Made by a program: the position numbers and the translations under genes. From IMG/VR virus record IMGVR_UViG_3300008224_000001: DNA of 50,991 nucleotides, one strand, 5' to 3'. Each line of letters starts with the position of its first letter. The stretch's first letter is position 1. The DNA comes from a virus. Under the pieces are notes generated by a model that ran no database searches, was not told the DNA's origin, and was given only the letters and a program-made list of their open reading frames with translations. Below are positions 49,351 to 50,991 of this stretch, piece by piece.

Positions 49351-50991
49351 GACAATAACCCTCCAGGGCGTTTCTCTTTGACTAATGCTTGAGTGATGGC
49401 TGTTTTAACTAGCTCACTTATCCCCTGCATTTTTTTCTGATCGTTATCGCCGCCTTCAATGGTGACAGGCACGGTGATATTAAAGCTGGTTGTTTTGCCT
49501 GATCCGCCACCCTGACGGCTATTTCTAGGATCAGAGCGCGAGATAACATCCTCACCCGTCTGCAAAATGGCCGGAAATTCATCCGCTTTTAAGCCATCAT
49601 GAAAGCGCGATGCATTATTAAACACCATGGGGTTAACATCTATCGGCTTACCCGTTCGACCGGTTAAATTATCCCCGCCGGTATGAAACGAAAATCCACT
49701 AAACAAACTACCCAAACCACTCACCGCCGCATTAGTGATTGCTTGTGACGCACTCTTTGCGGTAATTTGCGCAATGGAATCTAATATGGATAATGAAAAC
49801 GCCTTAAACGCATCCCCTGCGCTATTAATATCTTTACCAATACCAGAAAAAACATCACTAAAAGCCCCGCCTAACGCATCACGCGCATGGACTTCTAACA
49901 AAGAGCTTTCGCCCCTGAGTTGTTCAATTTTAGATTGTAAGGATTTAACCCCTTTACCCAAGTTAGGATCATTAGAAATAGCCGCGACGGCCACCATCTT
50001 TTCCAGCACTTCATCTAAGGCATCCGCTGTGTCTTTATGAATATCCAACACTTTCTGTCTTGATTCATAATCCGTCAATACGCCGGTATTTACGGAAACA
50101 TCAATACTGGCTTCACGCTGGCCCATTTTATTGAGTTCTGCAGAAACCTGTTTTTCCATTTTTGATAAGGCTATTTTTGTCGCTTCATTATCAATCAGAT
50201 TATTAACAATAGCTTGCCCTGCAACACGGCTATCACCTTTTAAATTGGCTAACATCGTCGCATAGCGGGCGGCAATTTCTTTTTGCGAGGCTTCCGCATG
50301 ATTACCCGTCGATTTCAACAAAGAAATTTGTGCGGCATTCAGTGTTTTTAGTGCATCTTGCTCACGCTTTGCGGCTGATTCTGATAGTTTAGTCCGATCA
50401 TCAGCGGCTTTTCTTCGCGCACTGGCAAGATCAAGCTCACCCTGTTTAAGAATCGTTACCCGCTCATTTTCTTTGCGCTGGATATTTTCATCCGCCCTAA
50501 ACTTAACAATCGGAGTCGCTTCTTCATTATCTAGCTGCCTACGGCGCTCCTTTAAGCTGTTTACTTCACGCTGATTTTGCGCCAGCTTTAAAGCCGTTAC
50601 CCGCTGCCCGTGCTGCTCTATGCTGATTAGCTCATTCGCTAGGCTTTCATCAAGCTGTTGCGTTTGTATTTTTGTAGCTGCGACACCTGATTGCTCAAGC
50701 GTGCGCGTGCGAATGACAGTTTCTTTAATGCCATTGGCAATTCGCAGTTTGTTCTTATCTTCTAGCTCTTTTTGTAAATTAGCCGCACTCCCTTCGGCTA
50801 ATTTTTTATCATCCGCTTGTCTTTTTGCATCAAAGACATCCAGTTGCTTATCAATTTCTTTAATCTGGCGAACAACGCCATTTTCGCCTTGCTGCCTACC
50901 TTGAACCGCTAATTGGTTAACTAAAGCAAGCCGCTCTGCTAACAGCTCATTTCTGATCGCCTCATCCGACGGGTCGATCATATTTTTAGCG
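49347..50991 (-). CDS. Tail tape measure protein, C-terminal part (continuation of 1070..1)
   Basis: Long coiled-coil-rich ORF directly upstream of the distal tail genes. Its N-terminus MIDPSDEAIRNELL is the same sequence as codons at 113..1. Confidence 0.85.
   Translation of the reverse strand, partial: AKNMIDPSDEAIRNELLAERLALVNQLAVQGRQQGENGVVRQIKEIDKQLDVFDAKRQADDKKLAEGSAANLQKELEDKNKLRIANGIKETVIRTRTLEQSGVAATKIQTQQLDESLANELISIEQHGQRVTALKLAQNQREVNSLKERRRQLDNEEATPIVKFRADENIQRKENERVTILKQGELDLASARRKAADDRTKLSESAAKREQDALKTLNAAQISLLKSTGNHAEASQKEIAARYATMLANLKGDSRVAGQAIVNNLIDNEATKIALSKMEKQVSAELNKMGQREASIDVSVNTGVLTDYESRQKVLDIHKDTADALDEVLEKMVAVAAISNDPNLGKGVKSLQSKIEQLRGESSLLEVHARDALGGAFSDVFSGIGKDINSAGDAFKAFSLSILDSIAQITAKSASQAITNAAVSGLGSLFSGFSFHTGGDNLTGRTGKPIDVNPMVFNNASRFHDGLKADEFPAILQTGEDVISRSDPRNSRQGGGSGKTTSFNITVPVTIEGGDNDQKKMQGISELVKTAITQALVKEKRPGGLLS
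50869..50991. repeat. Second copy of the terminal overlap (same as 1-123)
   Basis: Identical 123 bp. Confidence 0.95.

Noticed and set aside
1-50991. tRNA, rRNA, integrase, attP, protelomerase, reverse transcriptase, toxin-antitoxin pairs
   Set aside because: I looked for cloverleaf-like GC-rich 70-90 nt segments and for the characteristic protein motifs among all ORFs. None could be supported by eye. Absence should be confirmed with tRNAscan-SE and HMM searches.

Overview
The window is a complete phage genome. Bases 1-123 are identical to 50869-50991, so the unit is 50,868 bp and circular (or circularly permuted). The wrap falls inside the tape-measure gene, whose frame is continuous across it.

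Gene content is that of a temperate lambda-like siphovirus. On the minus strand it carries:
- Nu1/gpA-type terminase, gpW, a lambda-type portal, a ClpP/S49 prohead protease-scaffold, gpD-like decoration protein and gpE-like capsid protein
- FII/Z/U-like connector proteins and a major tail protein
- a G/GT chaperone pair with a canonical A_AAA_AAC -1 slippery site
- tape measure, a DUF2460 protein, and M/L/K/I/J homologues, with a giant 3332-aa J

The immunity and replication region has CI (HTH+S24), Cro, a LuxR-type regulator, O/P-like replication proteins, SSB and a lambda-Q-like antiterminator.

No integrase, transposase or protelomerase ORF is visible. Instead there is a plasmid replicon: a DnaA box, an AT-rich region, four 21-bp iterons, a Rep_3-type initiator, and a ParA/RHH-ParB partition locus flanked by GATACC repeats. 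This points to a phage-plasmid lifestyle.

The most unusual region is 29.1-32.8 kb. Ten tiny ORFs (43-115 aa) are each separated by imperfect-palindrome repeats, most of them 126-132 bp. The repeats begin with an RYYYAAC-like box that usually contains the stop codon of the preceding ORF. They end with a GTT-box followed by a conserved RBS. The stems are bulged like integron attC sites, so this is an integron-like, integrase-less cassette array inside a phage-plasmid. One cassette encodes a DUF2829 (Tad2-like) protein.

Other notable signals:
- a 10-member family of hairpin-T7-ATGCC terminator-like elements, always co-oriented with local transcription, with three in tandem upstream of terS
- a G9 homopolymer that splits a fibre-like gene
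- a lipase_3 / transglutaminase-like peptidase / holin / spanin-like cluster inserted between the capsid and connector genes
- the highly modular J protein, with repeated CBM-like modules, collagen-like tracts and a 9-bp tandem repeat

All functional calls come from motif and family recognition by eye and from synteny. No database search was run.
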